Of a stretch of DNA of 64,000 nt, positions 53,907 through 61,408 are shown one piece after another. The stretch is from IMG/VR virus record IMGVR_UViG_3300006162_000011; one strand, given 5' to 3'. The DNA is from a virus. The notes below the pieces were generated by a model. It had not been told where the DNA came from. It worked only from the letters and a program-made list of their open reading frames with translations, and did no database searches. Numbering within the stretch: the first letter of the stretch is position 1; every line of letters starts with the position of its first letter. Both the position numbers and the translations under genes were made by a program.

Positions 53907-54645
53907 CCACCGCCAAATCCTCTTGCCAGTGCACCGGAATCAGGGATTTCAGAAACGGCCTACCCTCGTCCCCTGTAAACACAGGGCACTCATCGGCCAT
54001 CCGCCAAGCAGGGTAAGGCTGCGCCGACTTGTCATAGTACGCGAATCCGCCGCGCTTGAATCTTGCCGGATGATCGTTCCAGTTATCGCCCTTGTCGTGG
54101 ATCATGTCCTGAAGTTCGGAACAGTTCTTCCCGTGCATCTGCTTCGGCGAATAGTAGTGCTGCGCTAACATCAGAATCGAATTTCTCGTGGCGTCCTGTT
54201 GTCGCCAGATGAAGTAGTTCTCGACTTCGACATGATCCGGTATCGTGAACACTCTGGCGTCGAACATCGCTAATCCACGCTCACCGCCCATCGACACCGT
54301 GAAATACGCCGTCGCCATTGCCGCTGCCACGCTCGACATCTTCTGGATGTTGCCGTCAAACCACGCTTCTGTATTAGGTTTGGCGAAGTCGGTCAACAGG
54401 AAGCTGATTTCGTCGGATTGTACATAAGCGATCTCGGCCCCCATCAGCTCTTTGAGCATCGACATAGCGGTGTTGTCCATTGCCTGCATGAAACCTTTGT
54501 CGTACGGGCGTGCCATGCCGCGACAGTAGGAGTGAAACGCCTTGCCGTCTACGCGTAAAATTGTATACGTTCGTCGGGGCAGGAAGATACGTGTCCTGTC
54601 CTCGTATTGAGATTTCATTCTTTCGCCGATTGCGTCGTTTGCCAT
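53899..54645 (-). CDS. Thg1-like protein (tRNA-His guanylyltransferase family, 3'-5' nucleotidyltransferase)
   Basis: 'TILRVDGKAFHSY', 'IAYVQSDEISFLL', 'WFDGNIQKMSSVAAAMATAYF' and 'FDARVFTIPDHVEVENYFIWRQQDATRNS' align with conserved Thg1 blocks (RxDGxxF, QSDE, WRQxD). Confidence 0.85.
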   Translation of the reverse strand: MANDAIGERMKSQYEDRTRIFLPRRTYTILRVDGKAFHSYCRGMARPYDKGFMQAMDNTAMSMLKELMGAEIAYVQSDEISFLLTDFAKPNTEAWFDGNIQKMSSVAAAMATAYFTVSMGGERGLAMFDARVFTIPDHVEVENYFIWRQQDATRNSILMLAQHYYSPKQMHGKNCSELQDMIHDKGDNWNDHPARFKRGGFAYYDKSAQPYPAWRMADECPVFTGDEGRPFLKSLIPVHWQEDLAVVK

Positions 54646-54651
54646 GACACG

Positions 54652-54680
54652 GTTTTAAGGCTTTGTATACAGATTGTCAA
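54652..54680 (-). promoter_or_regulatory. sigma70-like promoter for the Thg1-like gene, with TGTATACA in the spacer
   Basis: Minus strand reads TTTTCTTGACA, with the -35 at 54680-54675. A 17-nt spacer contains TGTATACA (54664-54671). TAAAAC at 54657-54652 is followed by 6 nt and then ATG 54645. No Shine-Dalgarno. Confidence 0.45.
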
Positions 54681-54727
54681 GAAAATTGTGGTTGGTTCGG
54701 ATAGCGTTATTGAGCTACACTCTACTC

Positions 54728-55000
54728 ATGCGTGCCCGACGAGTCCGTTTCACGAAACCCGCCGTCCGCGAGACCCAATCCCGTGCGGTTAAGACTCGTG
54801 ACGGTGTATCCCAATATCGACACAACGAAGCAGGCAGATACGCAAAATGGGAAGCCCTCGGCGAGCAGCGTAGACGGCAAGAATCCAAGTGCGCGCGATG
54901 CGGGAACTGGCTGGAGTTCGAAGACTCGGTATTCGAGTCAAAGGAGTTCAAAGATGGGGTCGAGAACAAGGTGGTACACCGTAAGAAATGTCCTGAGTAG
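54728..55000 (+). CDS. small basic zinc-finger/HNH-like protein
   Basis: ATG 54728. 'KCARCGNWLEFEDSVFESKEF...VVHRKKCP'. The 3' end overlaps the next gene by 47 nt. Confidence 0.4.
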   Translation: MRARRVRFTKPAVRETQSRAVKTRDGVSQYRHNEAGRYAKWEALGEQRRRQESKCARCGNWLEFEDSVFESKEFKDGVENKVVHRKKCPE

Positions 55001-56228
55001 ACTAGCTCTGGTGTCGTTACTGACTGCCGCGTGTTTCGGACAGGGCGGTAACCTGATCCGTCAAGTCGTGAGTGGCACGGTCGCAAACGGCGGATCAGGA
55101 CAAGTCATTCCCAACGCCATCGTCCGCGTCTGCACATCGACCGCGATCGGTACTCCGTGCAGTCCGCTAATCTCGAACGTCTACGCCGACCCCGGATTGA
55201 CATCGCCTCTAGGGAACCCCTTTGACGCTGACTCAAACGGTTTCTATTCCGTGTTCCTGCCTACGGGAAGTTTTCTGGTACAGGAGTCCACTCCGATTGG
55301 AGCCGGATTTGTATACAGCGAGAGCTTCTTAGTGTTCGTCAACGGCACGGGCACCGTCAGTATCGTCAACCTCTCACTTCCGGGTTCCGTGTTCGCCGTC
55401 ACCGGCTCTGGTTGCACCGGCGTCTGTAACCTATCAGCGTCGTTCGTTGCCCAGAATGCGAATACCGTATTCGGGAATTGCCTGAACTCGATCGCCTTTC
55501 CATCGTTCTGCTCGCTCACCGCCAACATGATTCCGAGCACGTTGAACTCCACCACGATCAACGGTCTCACCGTCAACGGCAACGAGACCGTATCGGGAAC
55601 TCTCGGGGTCACTGGGGCATCCTCATTCACTGGCAACGTCACCCTGAGCGGCACACTCGCTGCCGCTGGCAGTATCACCAGCAGCGCCACGCTATTCGGG
55701 CTCGAAGCCACAATCGGTGTTGGCGGAATCGCGACCACGGGATTTCTGACTGCGTCTCAGTCAATCACGTCCTCGACATCGCTGGTCGCGGGCACGTTCG
55801 TTAATGCGGCAACCGGTTATCAGATCGGCGGCAGTTACGGCACCAGTGGATACTGTTTACAGTCCACGGGGACGGGTACGGCGTTCAGGCCCGGTTGCTC
55901 GATTGGTGGCACCCCCTCTGTCGTGGCTGGGGCGGCACTCGGCAGCGGATCGGCGTCCCTAGTGTCCGGCAGCACAGACAAGATAGGCGCTGTCAACGCC
56001 ACGGCGGCGTCGGGCACAACGTCGTCGATATTCGCGCTCACGTTCAGTACGCCGTTTTCGACATTCGCGTCCTGCACGTTCGCGCCTGCTGGTGGCAGCG
56101 CTGCATCCGCTGACAATTCACTGTCGATTTACATGCCGGTTAGCGCGTCCGGGTTCTCGCTGGTACTAGGCACCGGGGCTCTCATCAACACAAGCTACCA
56201 ATGGTCGTATCTATGCAACGGGTATTGA
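54954..56228 (+). CDS. secreted fibre-like protein with CarboxypepD_reg-like N-terminal domain
   Basis: AAGGAG lies 7 nt before ATG 54954. Signal-like 'LSRLALVSLLTAACFGQ'. 'VSGTVANGGSGQVIPNAIVRV...DSNGFYSVFLPTGSFLV'. Then 'TINGLTVNGNETVSGTLGVTGASSFTGNVTLSGTLAAAGSITS' fibre-type repeats. Confidence 0.7.
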   Translation: MGSRTRWYTVRNVLSRLALVSLLTAACFGQGGNLIRQVVSGTVANGGSGQVIPNAIVRVCTSTAIGTPCSPLISNVYADPGLTSPLGNPFDADSNGFYSVFLPTGSFLVQESTPIGAGFVYSESFLVFVNGTGTVSIVNLSLPGSVFAVTGSGCTGVCNLSASFVAQNANTVFGNCLNSIAFPSFCSLTANMIPSTLNSTTINGLTVNGNETVSGTLGVTGASSFTGNVTLSGTLAAAGSITSSATLFGLEATIGVGGIATTGFLTASQSITSSTSLVAGTFVNAATGYQIGGSYGTSGYCLQSTGTGTAFRPGCSIGGTPSVVAGAALGSGSASLVSGSTDKIGAVNATAASGTTSSIFALTFSTPFSTFASCTFAPAGGSAASADNSLSIYMPVSASGFSLVLGTGALINTSYQWSYLCNGY

Positions 56229-56620
56229 TAGCGTTTATGCTGTACGCTGCAACCGTGCTCGCGCAAGACGGAACCAGTTCACCGTTCTCAAAACGCTACG
56301 TGATCGCGCAGCTCGCATTAGAGGGTACGGACGCGTTTTTCACGCAGCAGTCCGTGTGCCGATACGGTTGGGCACATTGCGCGCACCCGAATCTGACGCC
56401 CGAGTTAGATCCGCTGGCTCGTCCGTTTGTGCAGTCCGGATCGAAAGCGGAGTTAGCGGGATTCTTTGCTGTAGACGCTGGAGTCAAAATCGGCGTGTCG
56501 TATTGGCTACACAGGACTGGACACCGGAAACTGGAGCGGTGGGTACAGACCTTGGGAATAGTGGGATCGGCGGCAGGTGCAGCTAGTCAGATAAAAGTGT
56601 TTGCTACCGACGCGAGGTAA
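56213..56620 (+). CDS. secreted or membrane hypothetical protein
   Basis: 'MQRVLIAFMLYAATVLA-QD' is signal-like. Later hydrophobic segments. Confidence 0.5.
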   Translation: MQRVLIAFMLYAATVLAQDGTSSPFSKRYVIAQLALEGTDAFFTQQSVCRYGWAHCAHPNLTPELDPLARPFVQSGSKAELAGFFAVDAGVKIGVSYWLHRTGHRKLERWVQTLGIVGSAAGAASQIKVFATDAR

Positions 56621-56623
56621 TCC

Positions 56624-56824
56624 ATGAACAGCGAAGCACGTGTATCCCGCAAGATCAGCAAGTTGCGATCCGAGAATGTACCAGAACGGCAGGCCGTGGC
56701 CATGAGTCTAAGCATGGCACGCAAAAACCGGATTACGAAATCGGGCGGGTATAAGCGGGTGGCGAAAAAATCCCGTGGCAAGCGTGGTCGTCGGCGGTAT
56801 ACTAGGGCGAGAAAAGGCAGGTAG
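56624..56824 (+). CDS. small highly basic protein
   Basis: 'ISKLRSENVPERQAVAMSLSMARK', then the tail 'KKSRGKRGRRRYTRARKGR'. Confidence 0.5.
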   Translation: MNSEARVSRKISKLRSENVPERQAVAMSLSMARKNRITKSGGYKRVAKKSRGKRGRRRYTRARKGR

Positions 56825-56832
56825 ACACAGAT

Positions 56833-57351
56833 ATGTCCAAATGGAAGCCTGTAGCGCCTCCGGTGAAGCCGGAAACCACCCAAGAAAGCCAAAACGCGGC
56901 CATAGCCCAGAATGGCGTTTCCGAGCCCGTTAGCGAGGCTGAATTCGCTGGGCCTGCCGAGGTTAAACCGGACTCTACTGGCCCCGTACAGCCCGCCGCT
57001 GCCTCGGCACCACCCGCTGTAGCCGACAATCCCAATCCGGCACTAAATCTGGCTAGCGTGCTCGCTTCTCTGACCCCAGATCAGCTCCAGAAGATCCGCG
57101 GTATGGCCGTGGCCGAGGGCGTGACAGCACCGCAGTCATCCGGCAAACGTGCCGACGGGTCGATGGTAGTCAGCGTCGAGCTGGACACTCCTACCGTCGA
57201 ACAGCTTGAGCTATGGGCCGAGGCCGACGGATGCAGTCTGGTTGAGGAAGCGCAGAAGCGGATCGCCGAGGCATTGAATTCATACCTGTACGGCGATTGG
57301 AGCGTCGTCGAGCAGCCTGCGCCTGCCGCCACCAATACCACAGGAGCCTGA
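56833..57351 (+). CDS. hypothetical acidic protein
   Basis: 172-aa ORF with a P/A-rich N-terminal half and a structured C-terminal half. Confidence 0.55.
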   Translation: MSKWKPVAPPVKPETTQESQNAAIAQNGVSEPVSEAEFAGPAEVKPDSTGPVQPAAASAPPAVADNPNPALNLASVLASLTPDQLQKIRGMAVAEGVTAPQSSGKRADGSMVVSVELDTPTVEQLELWAEADGCSLVEEAQKRIAEALNSYLYGDWSVVEQPAPAATNTTGA

Positions 57352-57353
57352 CC

Positions 57354-57731
57354 ATGTTCGAGTACCTGAACCCCCGAAACGGCCCCGTCATCGACGGCAT
57401 GGAGCACTTGGAGGTGACTTATGCAAAAAATCAACCCGAGTACATACCACTTCGTACGCTACGGAACAACGCCGACATCGACCCGTACGTGCCCGTAGTC
57501 AGCCGATGGACGCTTACGCCCGAACAGCGTAAATTAGTTGCCGATGGCGCCGATATATTTCTCGAACTGTCTACATTCGGTGGGCCGCTGAGTCCGATTC
57601 GCATGGGCATCGGCGATGGCAAAATCGAGTGTCCAGCGGACAGAGTGTTCAGTCTGGTTATTCCGTTGCCTGATGTGGCCAGTTCTCAAGACGACGAGTT
57701 TGCCAAAAACGTGCACATTAAGCTGGACTAG
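57354..57731 (+). CDS. hypothetical protein
   Basis: ATG 57354 lies 7 nt after AGGAG and 2 nt after the previous TGA. 125 aa. Confidence 0.55.
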   Translation: MFEYLNPRNGPVIDGMEHLEVTYAKNQPEYIPLRTLRNNADIDPYVPVVSRWTLTPEQRKLVADGADIFLELSTFGGPLSPIRMGIGDGKIECPADRVFSLVIPLPDVASSQDDEFAKNVHIKLD

Positions 57732-57740
57732 GGGACGATC

Positions 57741-58076
57741 ATGCCGTCGTCTTTTGTCGTCGGATCGCTGTACCAGCCTCGGTGGAACGGAATTGCGTGG
57801 AGTCAGCCAGGCGGCGTCGGCACCCAAGTATTTCCCACACAGAACGTCGGAAACTTCCAAGCGTATCCAGTGAGTGGCCAAATGTGGGCCGAGACTGGCT
57901 TGTGGACTAGCCCGTGTCTACACTGGTTCGATTCGTTCCTGATACAGCGCGATTTCGACGAGGGAACACAAATGTCGGTTGCGATCCAGATGTGCCCCAT
58001 TTGCAGCCTGATTATCCGCATTTATGAGCCCTATGATTTGATTTATCAGGTGCCGCAGTTCGCAATCTCGGTCTAG
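57741..58076 (+). CDS. hypothetical protein
   Basis: 111-aa ORF. The last + strand gene before the - strand block. Confidence 0.5.
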   Translation: MPSSFVVGSLYQPRWNGIAWSQPGGVGTQVFPTQNVGNFQAYPVSGQMWAETGLWTSPCLHWFDSFLIQRDFDEGTQMSVAIQMCPICSLIIRIYEPYDLIYQVPQFAISV

Positions 58077-58579
58077 CCACCACTATCCGTCTTCATCAAT
58101 TCTTCGCACATCAGGAACACTTTCGCGAGGCTGACTCCTAGTCCCGCCGCTATTCGTTCCAGACTAACACACGTGGCTGACGCAGCTCCGTTCTCGATTC
58201 TGGACACGTACGTCCGAGGGACACCAATCTCTACCGCAAGACGTTTCTGTGACCACCCGTGACGGAGCCGCAGCCAGCACAGCACAACGGGCAGCGCAAC
58301 ATTCAACGGTAACGGTTTCGGTTTATGACCGGTTTGGTGGGCTTCGGGGGCGCTAATGACGACCGCAGCGTTGACCGCAGCCGTCTCTGGTGGCCTCTCT
58401 GCCAGCGCGCCGTGACACCGACGGCATGAACCGCTCACGGTCATGAACTGGACAAGATCGCAATGCGGGCAGCTCAGGGTCTGTCGTTGGGGGGCGGCGA
58501 CAACGTGCGTAGCTGGAAATGGCGATAGTGATGGCAGGACAGACCCTGTAGACTGCTGTTGTGCAGTAGCGTCCTGCAT
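58073..58579 (-). CDS. XRE-family HTH regulator with N-terminal zinc ribbon
   Basis: 'CPHCDLVQF...CRRCHG', then 'LRLRHGWSQKRLAVEIGVPRTYVSRIENG' (HTH_3). Confidence 0.75.
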   Translation of the reverse strand: MQDATAQQQSTGSVLPSLSPFPATHVVAAPQRQTLSCPHCDLVQFMTVSGSCRRCHGALAERPPETAAVNAAVVISAPEAHQTGHKPKPLPLNVALPVVLCWLRLRHGWSQKRLAVEIGVPRTYVSRIENGAASATCVSLERIAAGLGVSLAKVFLMCEELMKTDSGG

Positions 58580-58581
58580 AT

Positions 58582-58619
58582 TGACGTTAATGATACGTCA
58601 GGATGGCAGCGCAAATCAA
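58582..58619 (-). promoter_or_regulatory. promoter/operator candidate for the XRE gene
   Basis: Minus strand has TTGATT (58619-58614), an 18-nt spacer and TATCAT (58595-58590), 10 nt before ATG 58579. Inverted repeat TGACGT-N7-ACGTCA at 58582-58600. Confidence 0.4.
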
Positions 58620-58640
58620 TCGCGGGTTACCGATCACCGA

Positions 58641-58871
58641 TTACCTGACCACGCCTTGACCATAATTCGGGCATGACAGCTTCCGTTGGTCGCCGGATTC
58701 GAATGGGACATACCGCATCCGGTTGATGTCGTATTTGCGGCGGGCGCCACAGGACAGGCAGGTGCGATAGGTGAGACGATGGCCGTCGATGATCAGGGTA
58801 ATCGGGAACGAGCATTCGGGATGGGAGCAGCCGAACACAGAATCGAGTAAGCGTTGAACTATGGTAATCAT
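58641..58871 (-). CDS. hypothetical zinc-ribbon protein
   Basis: 'GCSHPEC...CLSCGARR...CPNYG'. 76 aa. Confidence 0.5.
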   Translation of the reverse strand: MITIVQRLLDSVFGCSHPECSFPITLIIDGHRLTYRTCLSCGARRKYDINRMRYVPFESGDQRKLSCPNYGQGVVR

Positions 58872-58873
58872 GT

Positions 58874-58954
58874 CTATGCCTCTGCATCCATGAGCAAGAT
58901 ACCGATTTCAAATCCCAAAATAACCGAAATCGCAATCGCGCTGACATATTTCAT
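58874..58954 (-). CDS. 26-aa hydrophobic micro-ORF (MKYVSAIAISVILGFEIGILLMDAEA)
   Basis: GGAGA lies 6 nt upstream of ATG 58954. The stop lies 2 nt before the next gene's ATG. Below the ORF-track cutoff. Confidence 0.3.
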   Translation of the reverse strand: MKYVSAIAISVILGFEIGILLMDAEA

Positions 58955-58981
58955 GGTTGTCTCCTTCCGTCATTCCTTCAC

Positions 58982-59179
58982 CTACGAGTACTTCGCCAGC
59001 GCAGCGTCAATTCGGCATCGAGTGCAATGTCTGGGGTCGTGTTCAGTTACGCCGCCTTCGCCGGTGTGAGTATGCGGAGCGTGTTGCCAGTGTTCGTTCG
59101 CGAGCACCAGCGCCTCTCTCAACTCTCGCGTGGCCTCTGTCAATCGCTTGTTCTCGAAGATAGATTCGGCAAGAGCCAT
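58982..59179 (-). CDS. hypothetical protein
   Basis: GGAGG Shine-Dalgarno upstream of ATG 59179. 65 aa. Confidence 0.5.
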   Translation of the reverse strand: MALAESIFENKRLTEATRELREALVLANEHWQHAPHTHTGEGGVTEHDPRHCTRCRIDAALAKYS

Positions 59180-59203
59180 ACATCCTCCTTCTGCAAATCA
59201 TCG

Positions 59204-59431
59204 CTACTCAGATGAGCAGTTCGCCGCTAGGATTACATAGCACTCTTTGCAGTGTCCGCGATGCCATTCGTCCTCGTGATCTCCGTTTGACTGCATCTTG
59301 AGCGTTTTTCCGCATCGAACGCAGTTATCAGCATAGTAGTTCGCTGCACCATCATTGGGCCACAATTTTCCGCACTCTTCGATAAACTTGCCCAATCTGG
59401 TGCCTTTGTTAACAAATTCAGGATGGCTCAC
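59204..59431 (-). CDS. hypothetical Cys/His-rich protein
   Basis: 'CVRCGK...HRGHCKECY'. GTG start. Confidence 0.5.
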   Translation of the reverse strand: MSHPEFVNKGTRLGKFIEECGKLWPNDGAANYYADNCVRCGKTLKMQSNGDHEDEWHRGHCKECYVILAANCSSE

Positions 59432-59433
59432 TT

Positions 59434-59775
59434 CTACTCTCCCTTCGTCTCGGACAGCGCAGTCTCGGCCAAGTCATGAGCAATTATCATTTGCTCTTTG
59501 ATTCTCGGCGATAGTTCCCACGTTGTGCCGTGTAGAATCCCAGCAATAACAACAAAACATTCCTGTAGAGCAGTTTTGAGTTGAATATTCTCTGCCTTCG
59601 CGGCGCGGAGTTGCTCCTCCAATAAATCCACTTCCTGTTCGGCGGCAATGCGGTATTGATCGCACTCGCGGAGTTGCTCGATTACCGAGTACGTTTCGTG
59701 CTGAAGAAAGTCAAGATGATTGGATCGCTGGCAGTTTGGGCAGTGCCGGTAATAGCGAGTCGTTTTCCAATTCAC
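59434..59775 (-). CDS. hypothetical coiled-coil protein with zinc knuckle
   Basis: GTG 59775 lies 5 nt after GAGGAGG and overlaps the upstream stop (GTGA). 'RHCPNCQRS', then heptad-like 'EQEVDLLEEQLRAAKAENIQLKTALQE'. Confidence 0.5.
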   Translation of the reverse strand: MNWKTTRYYRHCPNCQRSNHLDFLQHETYSVIEQLRECDQYRIAAEQEVDLLEEQLRAAKAENIQLKTALQECFVVIAGILHGTTWELSPRIKEQMIIAHDLAETALSETKGE

Positions 59776-59954
59776 GGCTTCCTCCTCGCTTTTCGTGATT
59801 TGCGACGCTTCAGATACCGAAGGATGCTCTCTACGGCATTGGCACAAGCCTCCGTTACTCTCTCTTCTGACACCGACCAGCCATTGAAATAACTCACCTC
59901 GCGGCGGATCAGTTTCGTCATGTGTTTCTTGTCAGGTTCGCGTTTCGCGGCCAT
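59772..59954 (-). CDS. hypothetical basic protein
   Basis: 60-aa ORF translationally coupled to the next gene. Confidence 0.45.
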   Translation of the reverse strand: MAAKREPDKKHMTKLIRREVSYFNGWSVSEERVTEACANAVESILRYLKRRKSRKARRKP

Positions 59955-59961
59955 TGGGGAA

Positions 59962-60156
59962 TCACCTCTTTACCGGCATAAAAGCCAGCACCGTCATTGC
60001 AGATAGCCACTCCTTGACTTCGGCATCGTTCAAGAGCGTTTCCATTGCGGCCACGTCTACTTGTTCACGTTTCGGCGAGATGAGTTCTTCCGCGTGAACG
60101 GCAATCGAGCCGAGTTTCACAAGCAAAGATAAGCCAGGCTTTAGTATGTCAGCCAT
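59962..60156 (-). CDS. hypothetical protein
   Basis: GGAGG Shine-Dalgarno. 64 aa. Confidence 0.5.
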   Translation of the reverse strand: MADILKPGLSLLVKLGSIAVHAEELISPKREQVDVAAMETLLNDAEVKEWLSAMTVLAFMPVKR

Positions 60157-60280
60157 TGACGATTCCTCCTGTCCAATCCGGTCTATTGTGAATTTCTTTC
60201 ATGAATCCCGGCGCGATCAAGGTATTACACAAGTCACACCAATATTCTTCGTAGTCGTAGCCTAACTCCGCGTACCGGGA

Positions 60281-60448
60281 TCAATCGATATCATCGGTGC
60301 AAATCTCAACTTCGTTGTTGTCGTAGAGGAATCCCGTGACGGGCATTAACTTCTCAACACCGCCGTCGTATGCCTTGACAATTGAATCAGGCGATAATCC
60401 GTGGGCCACTAGATTCTGCAAATGTGCGATAAGGCTTTCGACCGTCAT
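60281..60448 (-). CDS. 55-aa hypothetical protein; the frame stays open past its TGA for 43 more codons to 60149
   Basis: GGAGAAG Shine-Dalgarno. Sequence MTVESLIAHLQNLVAHGLSPDSIVKAYDGGVEKLMPVTGFLYDNNEVEICTDDID, then TGA, then SRYAELGYDYEEYWCDLCNTLIAPGFMKEIHNRPDWTGGIVNG. The second TGA overlaps the next gene's ATG. Confidence 0.4.
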   Translation of the reverse strand: MTVESLIAHLQNLVAHGLSPDSIVKAYDGGVEKLMPVTGFLYDNNEVEICTDDID

Positions 60449-60449
60449 C

Positions 60450-61091
60450 CTACTTCTCCTTCCCGCCCCGCGCTCCCAACAAGAACTGTTCGCCGATGTA
60501 TCGGGAATAAGCTGGGGGTATGGCTTGAGCGAGTTCCGGCGTCTTCATCCACTCGATCCCCACTGCTTTAGGCCATTCCCGTTTCCCGGTCTCGTGTCCG
60601 TAGCAACGGTAGTATGTTCCCCCGTCGCGTTGATTTCTAATTCCTTTCCCGCCGTGCTTTGGATGTATCGGGGATTTGGCAGGAAATGAGCACTCAAAGA
60701 AACGATGACGTAAAGTTTTCAGGCCGAACATCGTCCCACACAGCATAATTGGCATAGCGAGTGGTGCGCCGGCGACATTTTCTATCACGTAGTTCGCACC
60801 AGAAGTTATCAGCATGTGCCGGACATCCGCCACTAAGTCTGGGTGATTGCTGCGGGGCGTTAAGCCGTGATTTAACATCTGCGTGTAGTGCTGGCATGGC
60901 GGCGATGCCCACACGAGATCGTATTTACGCAACCCTTTGACAGAAAATTCCATAGCACCGCCCTGCACGAACGTAAACGGATACCTCGACTACGGTTTGA
61001 TGTCCACGCCAACAATTTCGGCATCTGGGAACGCTTGGTGCAGACCCATTGCCGCGCCGCCTGCCCCACAAAATAGATCAAGGATTCGCAT
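60450..61091 (-). pseudogene. DNA (cytosine-5)-methyltransferase with one in-frame TAG (codon 34, 60990-60992)
   Basis: ATG 61091 gives 'MRILDLFCGAGGAAMG' (motif I) ...'VGVDIKP', then TAG, then 'SRYPFTFVQGG...LVWASPPCQ' (motif IV), 'YVIENV' (motif VI) and 'AQAIPPAYSRYIG' (motif X), all in one frame. Confidence 0.7.
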
Positions 61092-61097
61092 AGTCAT

Positions 61098-61394
61098 TTA
61101 CTGTTGGCCCCGCGCTCGCGCCAGAGCAGCCCTCACAGTCGGTATGTGACACCAGTTAGCGTGCCATTCCTCCTGAGTAGTGCTATGGCAGGTGCAGCCT
61201 CTTGCCAGAGTTTTGGTACACGCTGCGTACAGGTCTGGAGCCGCCGCGATCAGGTGAGCGTTGGCCTTGGGGTTGTGAGTTTCAGTGCCGCGTTCCAAGC
61301 ATTCGACGATGGCGATTCCGCAATCTTCTGAAATCGTCAGGCTGTCAGACATGACGTGCCACGGCCCCGGTGTGAACTTCTCCTCCGCCATCAC
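61098..61394 (-). CDS. hypothetical phage protein
   Basis: 'FTPGPWHV...ANAHLIAAAPDLYAAC' is a pattern I recall from small phage proteins of unknown function. Confidence 0.6.
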   Translation of the reverse strand: MMAEEKFTPGPWHVMSDSLTISEDCGIAIVECLERGTETHNPKANAHLIAAAPDLYAACTKTLARGCTCHSTTQEEWHANWCHIPTVRAALARARGQQ

Positions 61395-61408
61395 TTCACC
61401 CCTACCGC

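Noticed and set aside
60336-60689. 117-aa + strand ORF in the early region.
   Set aside because: It is antisense to the methyltransferase 3' end and to the 55-aa gene, both of which have Shine-Dalgarno sites and coupling. It has no motifs.
60872-61081. 69-aa minus-strand ORF near the methyltransferase 5' end.
   Set aside because: It is in the wrong frame. The adjacent frame from ATG 61091 encodes the canonical motif I 'DLFCGAGG'.
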